Shown here: piece by piece, positions 16,508-25,843 of the stretch
Position numbering within the stretch: position 1 is the first letter of the stretch
Layout of the letters: every line of letters begins with the position of its first letter
Virus record (IMG/VR): IMGVR_UViG_3300048592_000447
Coordinates: 1-27,301 of that record
Reading direction: 5' to 3' (one strand)
DNA length: 27,301 bases
DNA from: a virus
Lineage: Duplodnaviria > Caudoviricetes
Made by a program: the position numbers and the translations under genes
The notes under the pieces: model-generated
The model's database searches: none
What the model was told of the DNA's origin: nothing
Seen by the model: only the letters and a program-made list of their open reading frames with translations

Positions 16508-16768
16508 TTAATCGCGCTCGTCACCTTCAGTGTTTTTAACGCCGATTCTATATGCCGAAGCTATAGTCGCAGCCACCGAAACGGACAAAGCGGCGAGCCC
16601 GGCGCCGACAGCCCATTGGCACATCTGCACGAAGAAAACAGGCACCTGGTGGACCTTCCCGGCGAGCTGTGCCTGCCTGTCTGCAACAAGCTCATAGGTG
16701 AGCAGTGCAAGAATCCAGCAGACGACTACCGCCGCAATTGTGAGCTTGATGCGCTTTTCAGTGGACAT
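16508..16768 (-). CDS. Putative holin / two-TM membrane protein
   Basis: Two hydrophobic segments and a charged tail, in the lysis module; start could be upstream (frame open to 16858). Confidence 0.55.
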   Translation of the reverse strand: MSTEKRIKLTIAAVVVCWILALLTYELVADRQAQLAGKVHQVPVFFVQMCQWAVGAGLAALSVSVAATIASAYRIGVKNTEGDERD

Positions 16769-16858
16769 ATCTCTTTGGCTACCTGTGGACCGGCAGCGAT
16801 GCCGACGAGTGCGCACGTCAAAAGGACCATCACTATAAAGGACGGCGATAAATAACAA

Positions 16859-17221
16859 TTACTCAGCAGCTTTTGCATCTTCCACCTCCGCAACTGGCAT
16901 GAGCTTCTCTTTGTTAGCTTTCATGCGTTTTTCTACACGGCTGACGATTTCACTAAGTGCGTGCAAGTGCCCGGCGGCTTCCTGTGCGTCATCAACGTAT
17001 TCGTCGAAATCCATCTTGTCGTTTCCGTCGGCATCGCCAAGAGCTTCGCGCAGCTGCTCCTCGCCGAACTTGCGAAGAGATTCAATATACTCGGGCAGCT
17101 TTGCCTTGTGCTCCTCGATAAGCTTCGGCAAGTACTGCTTGATGAGTGCCGGTGCTTCTTTCTTCAGCTCGGCGACGATGCCGGGGAGTTGCGATTTTAC
17201 GATGCCTGCGAAAATGTTCAT
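16859..17221 (-). CDS. Hypothetical helical protein with EF-hand-like loop
   Basis: DADGNDKMDFDEY; ATGA-coupled to lysozyme. Confidence 0.75.
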   Translation of the reverse strand: MNIFAGIVKSQLPGIVAELKKEAPALIKQYLPKLIEEHKAKLPEYIESLRKFGEEQLREALGDADGNDKMDFDEYVDDAQEAAGHLHALSEIVSRVEKRMKANKEKLMPVAEVEDAKAAE

Positions 17222-17763
17222 GCGTATTTTCCTGTCAAGAAGATGGTGCGTTCTCTTTGTCTGCGGGTGAGCAGTCCGGGCGTGTATTGACCGCCGGAGT
17301 ACACCCAGCGCAGCAACTGATTTGCGGCTTCTGTTTTCTTGCCTTCATTAAGTCGCTTAAGAAGGGTAGAAGTAGTGAAGCCAGCGATGCCTTGTTTGCG
17401 GTCGCCCAAGCCAATATTGAAGATAAAAATGACGATGGCGTCATACTCATGCTGCTCAAGCGGGATTTTCACCTCGACCCTAACAGAATTCTCGAACCGT
17501 CGTAAGTCCTCCAAAAGCATCTGTGATGCTTGCGCCTCGGTTACGCCGTTCTTGTATTTCTCGTAGTCAGTCTTTGGATTCCAGAGCACGCGCCCGTATC
17601 CGACGGTCAGCTTTCCTTTTAAAGGCATTGAAGGATTCCAGTCAATTGGATTTCCTTTTTTATCTTTGGAATTTTTATCGTCGTAGGGCTTCGACCTGAA
17701 CGCCTCATAATTTTTAAGGCGGTGCAATCCGGCTGGCGAAATTTTTCGTGCGGCATTAATCAT
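17218..17763 (-). CDS. Endolysin, GH24 phage lysozyme
   Basis: LKNYEAFRSKPYDD, TVGYG, YDAIVIFIFNIG, STLLKRLN, RWVYSGG..GLLTRRQRE. Confidence 0.92.
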   Translation of the reverse strand: MINAARKISPAGLHRLKNYEAFRSKPYDDKNSKDKKGNPIDWNPSMPLKGKLTVGYGRVLWNPKTDYEKYKNGVTEAQASQMLLEDLRRFENSVRVEVKIPLEQHEYDAIVIFIFNIGLGDRKQGIAGFTTSTLLKRLNEGKKTEAANQLLRWVYSGGQYTPGLLTRRQRERTIFLTGKYA

Positions 17764-18212
17764 TTGAGCGCGACTCCATATGTGGCGGCAGTGCTTTCAA
17801 TGCGTGACGATGCCGGGTCTAAGTTGCCCAACAATCCTTTTGCTTTCGCCCACAATGCTTTGCGGTCAGCGTCGGACAACTCGGGGTCGGAAAGTACGTT
17901 GATGTACGGAATGTGGGCGGCGTTAACCTGCGAAAGCTTATAGCAGGCAAAGCGAAAACCTCGGTAATCTGGGCCTGGCGTATCCACCCAATCAAAAGTT
18001 GCTCTTTCTGCGCTGGCCCAATCTCTCTGTTTCTGAGTAGCTTCCGGTTTGAAGTCGATTCGACAGTCCGCACCACTGCCAGAAATCCCGTCAATCGGGA
18101 TACCCTGCGCTCTAAGATACTCGTCAAAGGCTGTCTGCCCGGTTTTCGCGGAGACGGGGAGCACTACTAAAAATAGTGCTACTGAAAATGTCAACAGAGT
18201 CGAAAGTTTCAT
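17760..18212 (-). CDS. Tail-fibre-associated protein with signal peptide
   Basis: Directly follows the fibre gene; N-terminus MKLSTLLTFSVALFLVVLPVSA. Confidence 0.7.
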   Translation of the reverse strand: MKLSTLLTFSVALFLVVLPVSAKTGQTAFDEYLRAQGIPIDGISGSGADCRIDFKPEATQKQRDWASAERATFDWVDTPGPDYRGFRFACYKLSQVNAAHIPYINVLSDPELSDADRKALWAKAKGLLGNLDPASSRIESTAATYGVALK

Positions 18213-18217
18213 ACTTA

Positions 18218-20659
18218 CTACATCTCCAAACGTACTGTCATGCCGGTTTGTAAAGCCGAGCCACCGTCATCGCCATACCAGGTTGTCGTTCCGGTAGCAT
18301 CGCTGTATTCCTGCATGATTAGTGCATGTTTCCCGATCCCAACCGTTGCACCGTAAGTTGCGAAGTGGATACAGGCACTAATTGTGGCGCCGCTGGTCGT
18401 TGAAGAAGTTCCGTTAAACGCTGAATTTGCCGTTGCGGAGTCTAGCCCGATGCCGCAATAGCGGTTCGCAGTTCCTATATTGTTGTGCCTAGTGGTGTGT
18501 ACCGCTTGCGCTGATACGGAAGTAGGCGCACCGAGAACAAAAGATACTTGTCCGCCACCGTCGGTGGTGTTGTTGTTGATCGCTCTATAGGCGGCGGTAG
18601 TATAGGTCCATGAGTTTGTCGTGTCTTTGCAAACTGCAATACGAGAGGCTCTGTTATCGGCGTTAAATAGTCCTCGGATCGATTGATTATCAGTACATTG
18701 ATTGGTGCCACTGGCATAAAGTGTTCCGAGAAATCTACGAGTCTGATCGCCCGTTTTGTGAGTGACTCCCGATGAATCGATAGTCAATCCAGTGGCGCGG
18801 GTTGTTGTGTCAGTCCAAACTAGCGTTTCAAGCGCCAGCGTGCCACCACTTAAATAACCCCATACGTCATACACACTACCACTGGTGAGCGTTAGCGAAA
18901 GCGATTTTTCGCCAGGCAGAATATTTACGTATCGAGATGCGCCGCTGTCGTACAGGCTGATTACGCCATGTTTAAATGGCGTCCAATACAAAGTGCCTTG
19001 AGCGGATGCGTCAGCGACCGCAGAGCCGCTCGTTAATGTTAATCTGCCACCATTGCAGATTGGGAGGTTTGTATAGTCACCAATCGCGTGAACACGGAAA
19101 GCGGGAGTCGTCGCAGAGCCAGATGCTGGACCTGCCAGAAATGTATTAGCGCTTTGATCGCTCAGCGTTTGCGTCAGAGTGCCTGACGATGTAATCGCTG
19201 ATGACCATGTTGCGATACCGGTTGGTCCGGCAGCTCCAACGCTGGTTACGGTGCCCGCGCCGCCGCTACTCCACTCGGGGGCGGTTGCGCCGGAATTGAC
19301 CTTTAGGGACTGCCCGGCAGTGCCGATTGGCAGCTTTGCAAGCGTTGTCGAACCAGTCGCATAAAGGATGTCACCAGCCGAATAGCTAGAACTTCCGGTG
19401 CCACCGCCGCCCGCTCCAAGTGTGCCGAACGAGCCAGCGGATGTGCCGCCACTGAGAAAGGGCTGTCCGGAGGTGCCCGCGCTGGAAAAATTTATAGTGT
19501 TATTTCCAACCCCCTGGGCGACACCACCGGCGGTTGCGGCGCCGGATTTGTAAGCAATGTCTACGTTACCGTTGGGGTTCGGTAGGCTGAGAGTTTGACC
19601 GGTCGCACCGGGCGCCCAATCGACCACAAAGGTATTGGAGCTTGACCCTTTTAAGGTCATACCGGTCGCGTTGTTTGTGAATGACGGCGAGGTCAATTCT
19701 TTATCTGTCAGAGTGTCGGTCGAGGTTCTGCCAACAAGTGTTTGTGCGCTCGATGGGAACGTCATCAAGTTGGCACCGGCAGTCAAGGTGCCTGTCGAAA
19801 GAACGGGAGCCGCTGATAAAGTTTTGACACCGCCAATGGTTTGCGCGCCAGCCGTCATAACAAAAGACGATGTGCCCACGGATGGGATAGTGACGGTTTG
19901 ATTTGAGCCGGGGTCAGTGACTATCTTTGTGGTGGCGATTGAGCCTTCCAGGTCCAGACCGTCGGTATTCGCGTCGGCGATAACAGGTCCACCAGTGAGC
20001 GTCTTTGGACCGCCAAGGGTCTGCGCGCCAGTGGTTCTGACAACCGTCGAATCTACATCTATTGCAAAAGTGCCCGAACCGACAACAGCGGTCGTCCCGT
20101 CGCCATCGTCTGCTACGTGGGCATTTGCCAGCGCGCCATCGCCCTGGGTGACTACGTAATGCGCATCATCCGGAGCGCCACCGCCGCCACCACCACCAGA
20201 GGCCCACTCGGGAGCCGTGGCGCCAGCGTTAACCTTCAGGAATTGCCCGGCGGTGCCAATTGGCAATCGGGTGACGGTTGTCGCCGAGTTTTTGTAGAAG
20301 ATATCGCCGGTTGCTGACGAGGGCAGATTTGAGATAGCGTTGAACGCCGTCTGATTGGTCGTTGCCCCAGTGCCGTACCAGTAGGAGAGGATGGGACCAA
20401 GTCCGACGACGTAAGTATTGCCCGGTCCATTGTCGGAAACCGAGAACTGTGGCACCGAGAACGTCAAGACGCGCTCGTTCGTTAGATTCGAGTTTGAGCT
20501 GAGAGTGAAATAGCTCGCATCAAGGGGCGCCACACCGGACAGGCTAGGCAGCCAGCCAACGGGTGGACCCTGGAGGACGGCGGGGGAGTCCGCTATCGCC
20601 CATGGTGCAAAGATTGTGAACGCTAGAAATAGCGCAAGGAGCTTATTGACGAGCCGCAT
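18218..20659 (-). CDS. Long tail fibre protein with signal peptide (813 aa)
   Basis: Gly/Thr/Ser/Ala-rich; duplicated GDI.Y...LPIGTAGQ.LKVN.GATAPEW and GAQT.GG.KTL fibre motifs; N-terminus MRLVNKLLALFLAFTIFAPWAIA. Confidence 0.85.
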   Translation of the reverse strand: MRLVNKLLALFLAFTIFAPWAIADSPAVLQGPPVGWLPSLSGVAPLDASYFTLSSNSNLTNERVLTFSVPQFSVSDNGPGNTYVVGLGPILSYWYGTGATTNQTAFNAISNLPSSATGDIFYKNSATTVTRLPIGTAGQFLKVNAGATAPEWASGGGGGGGAPDDAHYVVTQGDGALANAHVADDGDGTTAVVGSGTFAIDVDSTVVRTTGAQTLGGPKTLTGGPVIADANTDGLDLEGSIATTKIVTDPGSNQTVTIPSVGTSSFVMTAGAQTIGGVKTLSAAPVLSTGTLTAGANLMTFPSSAQTLVGRTSTDTLTDKELTSPSFTNNATGMTLKGSSSNTFVVDWAPGATGQTLSLPNPNGNVDIAYKSGAATAGGVAQGVGNNTINFSSAGTSGQPFLSGGTSAGSFGTLGAGGGGTGSSSYSAGDILYATGSTTLAKLPIGTAGQSLKVNSGATAPEWSSGGAGTVTSVGAAGPTGIATWSSAITSSGTLTQTLSDQSANTFLAGPASGSATTPAFRVHAIGDYTNLPICNGGRLTLTSGSAVADASAQGTLYWTPFKHGVISLYDSGASRYVNILPGEKSLSLTLTSGSVYDVWGYLSGGTLALETLVWTDTTTRATGLTIDSSGVTHKTGDQTRRFLGTLYASGTNQCTDNQSIRGLFNADNRASRIAVCKDTTNSWTYTTAAYRAINNNTTDGGGQVSFVLGAPTSVSAQAVHTTRHNNIGTANRYCGIGLDSATANSAFNGTSSTTSGATISACIHFATYGATVGIGKHALIMQEYSDATGTTTWYGDDGGSALQTGMTVRLEM

Positions 20660-21044
20660 GTACTGTTGCCCTCACGACCGGGGTATCCGAGACAAGATAA
20701 AACGCGGTGCCTTCCTGTCCCGTGAAAGCCCATTGCCCCCTTTCTTCAATGGATTTTGTGTAATCGGCGGCGGCAGCGCCCGCCTTTGTCCACTCTCCCC
20801 ATGTTTTGTTAAAAATATAGACCGCGAGCTGACATGCCGTATCAACAAGAACGGAGGCGATGTTGCTTTCGTAAATATAGCCATGCGCCGCCGCGAGGTC
20901 GTTTAGTGCTGGACCACCAGCCGAGCCCGGTGCTTTGTCGCCGATGGCGTAATTGCCAGCCCCGATGACATAGTCGCCCGAACTGTTGTAATTTTTCGGC
21001 AAATCCCGGCTGGGATTGAAGGTGACTAGGTTTGATGTGCGCAT
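20643..21044 (-). CDS. Hypothetical virion-module protein (133 aa)
   Basis: GAGG RBS; between fibre genes; no signal peptide. Confidence 0.7.
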   Translation of the reverse strand: MRTSNLVTFNPSRDLPKNYNSSGDYVIGAGNYAIGDKAPGSAGGPALNDLAAAHGYIYESNIASVLVDTACQLAVYIFNKTWGEWTKAGAAAADYTKSIEERGQWAFTGQEGTAFYLVSDTPVVRATVHAARQ

Positions 21045-21051
21045 CGGTTCC

Positions 21052-21939
21052 TCACAGTTTCATGATGTAGCAAAGGGCGTAGTCGGCGGGCTCGCTGGCG
21101 GCTGTTTGAATTGAGCGAACGAACGGGGGGATTAGGTGGTAGTGAGACCCGGGGTTGCCAAACTGGTTTGGGGCACCGTTAAGGATTATCGGGGCTTGGC
21201 TGTTTGAGCCGTCACTTGTTCCACCGGTAAAAATGCTTGCGATGTAGCCGCTGTGTACATGGGTATTACTACCATGCTGAGAGTTTGCGGTATAAGCCCC
21301 AAAGCCGCCGCTTGAAGCGCTTGACGATGAACCGTTGGGCTTGGTGCCGATAACAAACAAGCCGATTAAATTCGGGGTGCCGCTGCTTCCATCGCAAAGA
21401 GCCCAGCCGGACGGAATAGTTGAGGTGCCAGCGGCGGCGGGAGACCACGAGACGATTGAGCCAGTCGGGAATGGGTTTGATAAGGCGCTCGACCATGACG
21501 GAATGCCTGTCATGCTCACCGTTAAAACCTGTCCGTCCACGCCAACTGGCAGGCGCTTGACGAGCTTGTCTTGAAAGTAGAGCAGGTCACCCTTGGTGGT
21601 GAGTGGTTGCTCGCCAGAGTAGCTCTCCCACTTGACGCCAGTCTGCTCGGAGCTTCTCGATACGATTTTGTGACCGTTGGTGCCAGCCGCCAACTTTTGC
21701 AAATGGGCGCCATCGTAGACATACAAGTCGCCTTTCGTCACAAGCAAGTTGAGTGGTGCCACCACGTTTGTATTAAGCCACGTGTAGGCGCCGACTACGG
21801 TCGGATTCCAATGGTCCAGAGTGCGCATTATGTCGCCCGGATTAAACCGAGCAGGCTGTCCAATCGGCGGGCACACCGAGGCGCCGGCGACTGCCGTTGT
21901 CAAAAGAAAAACCAAAAATAGCCGAATGAGATTTGTCAT
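21052..21939 (-). CDS. Tail collar-domain short fibre protein with signal peptide (paralog 2)
   Basis: PTGSIVSW..IPSGWALCDG..GTPNLIGLFVIG collar motif; ends YALCYIMKL. Confidence 0.85.
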   Translation of the reverse strand: MTNLIRLFLVFLLTTAVAGASVCPPIGQPARFNPGDIMRTLDHWNPTVVGAYTWLNTNVVAPLNLLVTKGDLYVYDGAHLQKLAAGTNGHKIVSRSSEQTGVKWESYSGEQPLTTKGDLLYFQDKLVKRLPVGVDGQVLTVSMTGIPSWSSALSNPFPTGSIVSWSPAAAGTSTIPSGWALCDGSSGTPNLIGLFVIGTKPNGSSSSASSGGFGAYTANSQHGSNTHVHSGYIASIFTGGTSDGSNSQAPIILNGAPNQFGNPGSHYHLIPPFVRSIQTAASEPADYALCYIMKL

Positions 21940-22811
21940 TGCTTCATGATGTACACGAGGGCGTAATCAGCCGGCTCGGACGTGGTGGCGCCCGTAACAC
22001 CAGCATTTACAACAAAAGTATGCGTATGGCTGCCACCCGACAAAATAGTCGCGCCAACTTGCGCACCGCCGATAACCGAATTCGCAGCGGTGGTGGTACC
22101 ACTGGCGGCGTCTACGGCGTGAGTGTGATTGACCGAGCCCGAGCCATTGGCATCGACGGTCTGGGCTCCGTAACCATCCACAGCAGGGGCGGCGGCAGAG
22201 CCCCCGGGTCGCGTGCCAATAATGAAACGACCGATAAGGTTCGGGGTGCCGCTGGCTCCATCGCAAAGGAGCCAGCCAGTGGGGATAGTGTTTGTCGCGG
22301 CTGCGGCGGGCGACCAGGCGATAATAGTTCCGGTCGGAATGGCAGAGGCTGAAGATTCCCAAGCAATGCCTTCGGTGGCTGAACTTCGAGCCGTGAGAAC
22401 CCTTCCGTTCGCACCGACCCCAAGCCTTGTCGCACCGGAGGCGTAGGTGAGTATGTCTCCTTTTGTGGTGAGCTGGGCGGCGTTTGCAAAGGATGCAAAA
22501 GCGACACCCTTGGAATCGCCAGAGGCTGCGGTGAGGACCTGTCCGTCCGTGCCTGCTGCGAGCCTTTGAAGCGAGGACCCATCGTAAACATACATATCCC
22601 CTTTCGTGGTGAGCTTGTTTAAGACTGGGACAATGTTGTTATTTATGTACGAATAAACGCCGCCGACGTCGCTATTCCAGATGGTGTTTGTGACAGTAAA
22701 GCCGGACGCCCTGGTCGTGGGTACCACCGCCGACGATACCACGGTCGCAAAGCAGGGGATGGCGAAAATCAGCGCCACCAGCAGGTTTATGATAATACCC
22801 CGATATTTCAT
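21936..22811 (-). CDS. Tail collar-domain short fibre protein with signal peptide (paralog 1)
   Basis: PTGTIIAW..IPTGWLLCDG..GTPNLIGRFIIG; HTH motifs; ends YALVYIMKQ. Confidence 0.85.
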   Translation of the reverse strand: MKYRGIIINLLVALIFAIPCFATVVSSAVVPTTRASGFTVTNTIWNSDVGGVYSYINNNIVPVLNKLTTKGDMYVYDGSSLQRLAAGTDGQVLTAASGDSKGVAFASFANAAQLTTKGDILTYASGATRLGVGANGRVLTARSSATEGIAWESSASAIPTGTIIAWSPAAAATNTIPTGWLLCDGASGTPNLIGRFIIGTRPGGSAAAPAVDGYGAQTVDANGSGSVNHTHAVDAASGTTTAANSVIGGAQVGATILSGGSHTHTFVVNAGVTGATTSEPADYALVYIMKQ

Positions 22812-24454
22812 ATTTTATTTCCCATCATGTCTACATCTGCGACTATTTGAACAAAATCGATATTGTCGTCCTCGTCCTGCCCTTTGATTTGAAATTCGAC
22901 AAAATCACAAGCGCCCAGACAGCTATACTGCTTCAGGACTTTGACCTGGTCGGCGGGGAATGAACTGGAGTCGGCTATCCACGAATCGAGAATGGTTTGC
23001 GTGCCAGTGTCGTCGGCGGTCATGCGAAAGTCTTGAGGCTTCGCCTGGTTGCGAATCATTGATTCCTTCACGGTTCGCACGTACTGGAAGGCGTTCATGA
23101 TAAACCGCTGGGCTGCACCCTCGCAGACGACCCCAATCTCTTGTATCTGCATTGATTTAAGCGGATTTTGAACACCCATCAAGGCTGTCATTATTTCAAA
23201 CGGAACGGGCGCGGTGTCGTACTTGGTGCCGACATAGTGACGCTGCAAAACGCCGTCAATACCACCGCCGATAGACTCTTTATTGAAGTAAATAGACGCA
23301 GTAACGGTGGTACCGGATTTGGTGAACCACTGCGGGACCGGGCGACCGGGCTGAGAGAAGTCGTTGTTGTAGTTCGCGACAATCGCGTCCTGGCATTCCG
23401 TATTTGCATCGAGCGGCAGCCAGATGACAATGTCCTGCGTGCGCTTGTTGTGGAAAGCATGAATCTTGTAGGCGTGAGCCGGGTTGACGCGCGCGATGAT
23501 GTCCTGAATGTCCATCGAGAGCATGTCGGTAAGCAGTGAGGAGTTGCTCGCCAAAGTCGAGAACGAGGTCAGTCCCTTGTCGGAGAAAAACCACATGTCG
23601 TTATAAAGCGGAATCCAGGTGTGGTTGCTCGGGATGCCGTATTCTTCGGTAAGAACTGTCAAGGAAAAATTTGTCGCATCCGTGCCGGAGAGCATACAGA
23701 CGCCGCTCTCACAGGCTATGAGCGCGATTTGGATGTTGTCAGCGTTCGACAATCTAAAGCTGACGCCACCTGTGGGATTACCCAGACGGGGTGGCAATTG
23801 GCGCATGTCTCCATCGGTCGCGAGTAGCGGCGTTGCCTGCGTGACGACTTCTGCTTCGCCCGTGTTTGTAATGAGCACATCATACCGGGTGTCGTCGTCA
23901 GGAAAGCCAAAAATCAACAGCCTGTCGAGGAATGGCACGACAAACTTGGGGATGCCGTAGCTCTTTGCTGGCATCGGGGATGTGGTCGCCGCACCGCCAC
24001 CATAGGCGCTACCATTCAGCTCGAAGGCTGCCGAGGTCGACAAGTCGGTGATTTTAAGCGGCTCGTCTTCGCCGTTTGAGAAGATGCCGAAAGATGGACC
24101 CGAGGCGTATGGCTGAAACATGGCAAAATTTGGAATCGCTGCCGGGTCAAGGCTGTTAGCGATTTCCGTTTCCGTTTCCGTCCCGAAGTCGTAAGAATAA
24201 ATCTTGTCGCCGACCTGAAAGATGAGATTTTTTGAGCCGTCAGCGGCAAGGATAAATTCGGAGAATCCTAAAAACTTTGCACCACCATTGAAATCGTCAG
24301 CACGCACCCTTTCCCAGCCGCGCACGCGCGAAGTGACGACGCCCCGCTTCACCTGGTTGACGTTGTTCAATACTTTGGCTTTGGTGGTCGGACGTCTCAG
24401 GTCGGAGACGTAGGTTGCAAGACCAGCTTCAGCGGATAGGGTTAGTGGTGGCAT
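22808..24454 (-). CDS. Putative packaged-DNA stabilisation / tail nozzle protein
   Basis: 548-aa beta-rich protein directly after the adaptor, as in podovirus-type modules; positional inference. Confidence 0.6.
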   Translation of the reverse strand: MPPLTLSAEAGLATYVSDLRRPTTKAKVLNNVNQVKRGVVTSRVRGWERVRADDFNGGAKFLGFSEFILAADGSKNLIFQVGDKIYSYDFGTETETEIANSLDPAAIPNFAMFQPYASGPSFGIFSNGEDEPLKITDLSTSAAFELNGSAYGGGAATTSPMPAKSYGIPKFVVPFLDRLLIFGFPDDDTRYDVLITNTGEAEVVTQATPLLATDGDMRQLPPRLGNPTGGVSFRLSNADNIQIALIACESGVCMLSGTDATNFSLTVLTEEYGIPSNHTWIPLYNDMWFFSDKGLTSFSTLASNSSLLTDMLSMDIQDIIARVNPAHAYKIHAFHNKRTQDIVIWLPLDANTECQDAIVANYNNDFSQPGRPVPQWFTKSGTTVTASIYFNKESIGGGIDGVLQRHYVGTKYDTAPVPFEIMTALMGVQNPLKSMQIQEIGVVCEGAAQRFIMNAFQYVRTVKESMIRNQAKPQDFRMTADDTGTQTILDSWIADSSSFPADQVKVLKQYSCLGACDFVEFQIKGQDEDDNIDFVQIVADVDMMGNKI

Positions 24455-25219
24455 TTAATACCACCCTTGGCGCCCAACCGTGTTGGTGCCATAGCCCCGC
24501 CGAGGGGTGCGACCGGCAATTCTAACGTCCATCCGGACGCCCGGCTTGCGCTCCGATGGTCCGGTCGACCACTGCTTAACAGAGTCGACAGCCTGCTTGG
24601 CAAGCTCGTAGATAGTACCATCGGTGACACCACCCTTTAGCGACCACTCAAGCAAGGTCCCCGCCGCGGCTTGTAATGCGAAGATGTAGTCGTCAGGGAA
24701 GACCAGGATGTCCTCGCGGTTTTGCGGTGTCGGCACGTTGATTTTGCACTGATACTCGCAGACGTAGGCGGCGTCCGGGATGGGGTCAAAGCGAACCCGC
24801 TTCGTGCGCACCGCGGAGGCGGAATCCGTTGGGACTTCGAGCCACCAGCATGGCTGCGCGGTCGAAACAAGGGAGTCATCTGTATAGATTCGACGCCAGG
24901 CATTATAGCCGCCTGGATACGCTTTCATCCTGCCAGGCGAGTCCGTGCCGAGCAAGATGATTGAAAAGGGCACAAGGTTCTCGACTGCCGCTGTGTCATC
25001 CAGGTCATACTCGGCGACTCCGGCGGACAGTGGTAATTGAAAGCGCCGCTGCATCCACGGCTCATTCATTCGGCTCAAAACGGCTTCGTGACAGAACTCA
25101 AAGAAACGACGCATCTGTCTTTGATACTTCGTTTCATTGTCAGTCCCAAAGTTCTGAGGCGGTATCGCCTGCTGACCGTGAAACTCAAGAGTTCTGTCAC
25201 AAAATTCGCCGTAGAGCAT
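24455..25219 (-). CDS. Putative head-tail adaptor / tail tubular protein A
   Basis: L.AGVAEYDL, VRFDPIPDAAY, FPDDY motifs common in phage adaptors; position after capsid genes. Confidence 0.65.
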   Translation of the reverse strand: MLYGEFCDRTLEFHGQQAIPPQNFGTDNETKYQRQMRRFFEFCHEAVLSRMNEPWMQRRFQLPLSAGVAEYDLDDTAAVENLVPFSIILLGTDSPGRMKAYPGGYNAWRRIYTDDSLVSTAQPCWWLEVPTDSASAVRTKRVRFDPIPDAAYVCEYQCKINVPTPQNREDILVFPDDYIFALQAAAGTLLEWSLKGGVTDGTIYELAKQAVDSVKQWSTGPSERKPGVRMDVRIAGRTPRRGYGTNTVGRQGWY

Positions 25220-25815
25220 TAGTAGTCCGTTACCTGCACTTCAACAGAACCAAAGACGCCAATCGCATCCGTCCCAGCCGAGCCCTGTGCGTACTCCAAA
25301 TAAATAGGAGTGGTCGCCGGGATAGCCAAATCAGCAGCGGTCGAGGTCAGGGTCGCATTGGTTGTGGTGTTTGCCGCCAATCCGGTCGCATTGATGGACG
25401 CAGCGCTCAGCAATGTATTGCCGGACGAGCTGCCCTTGAGCGCCTTCAAGGTGTCAGTGCCACCAACGGGAGGGGTTTGAGCCACGAAGCTGACACCAGT
25501 TACGGTGCAAGCTCTACCCACAGGGATGAGAGCCCTGTAAGTAGTGGAGTCAGCCGCTGCGCCAGTTACGGGCGACAGGGGTACCGTTATACGGAAACGC
25601 CTTGCGGCATTCGTGACATTGGAGCCCGCGAGCGGGGTGCCCAGTGTCAGTGCGCCGGTTAGCGAAGTTGTCCCGCTTACACTCAGGTTTCCGTAGATAG
25701 CCTGATTGCTATACGAGTGGGAAGTCTCGGTAGCGGCGAATGCCATCGGCGTAAAAGCCAACAGCATTGCCACCACCTGCGCTACCACCAGCATCGGGGA
25801 AAGTCTTTTCAACAT
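25219..25815 (-). CDS. Putative capsid decoration/fibre protein with signal peptide
   Basis: Directly after the capsid gene; Thr/Ala/Gly-rich; GNLSVSGTTSLTG motif; N-terminus MLKRLSPMLVVAQVVAMLLAFTPMAFA. Confidence 0.65.
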   Translation of the reverse strand: MLKRLSPMLVVAQVVAMLLAFTPMAFAATETSHSYSNQAIYGNLSVSGTTSLTGALTLGTPLAGSNVTNAARRFRITVPLSPVTGAAADSTTYRALIPVGRACTVTGVSFVAQTPPVGGTDTLKALKGSSSGNTLLSAASINATGLAANTTTNATLTSTAADLAIPATTPIYLEYAQGSAGTDAIGVFGSVEVQVTDY

Positions 25816-25843
25816 TCTTTCACTCCTTTACGGTGAAAAGCGA

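Noticed and set aside
18218-22811. Diversity-generating retroelement acting on fibre genes
   Set aside because: No reverse transcriptase and no near-identical TR/VR pair with adenine-specific differences was seen; similarities are protein-level paralogy.
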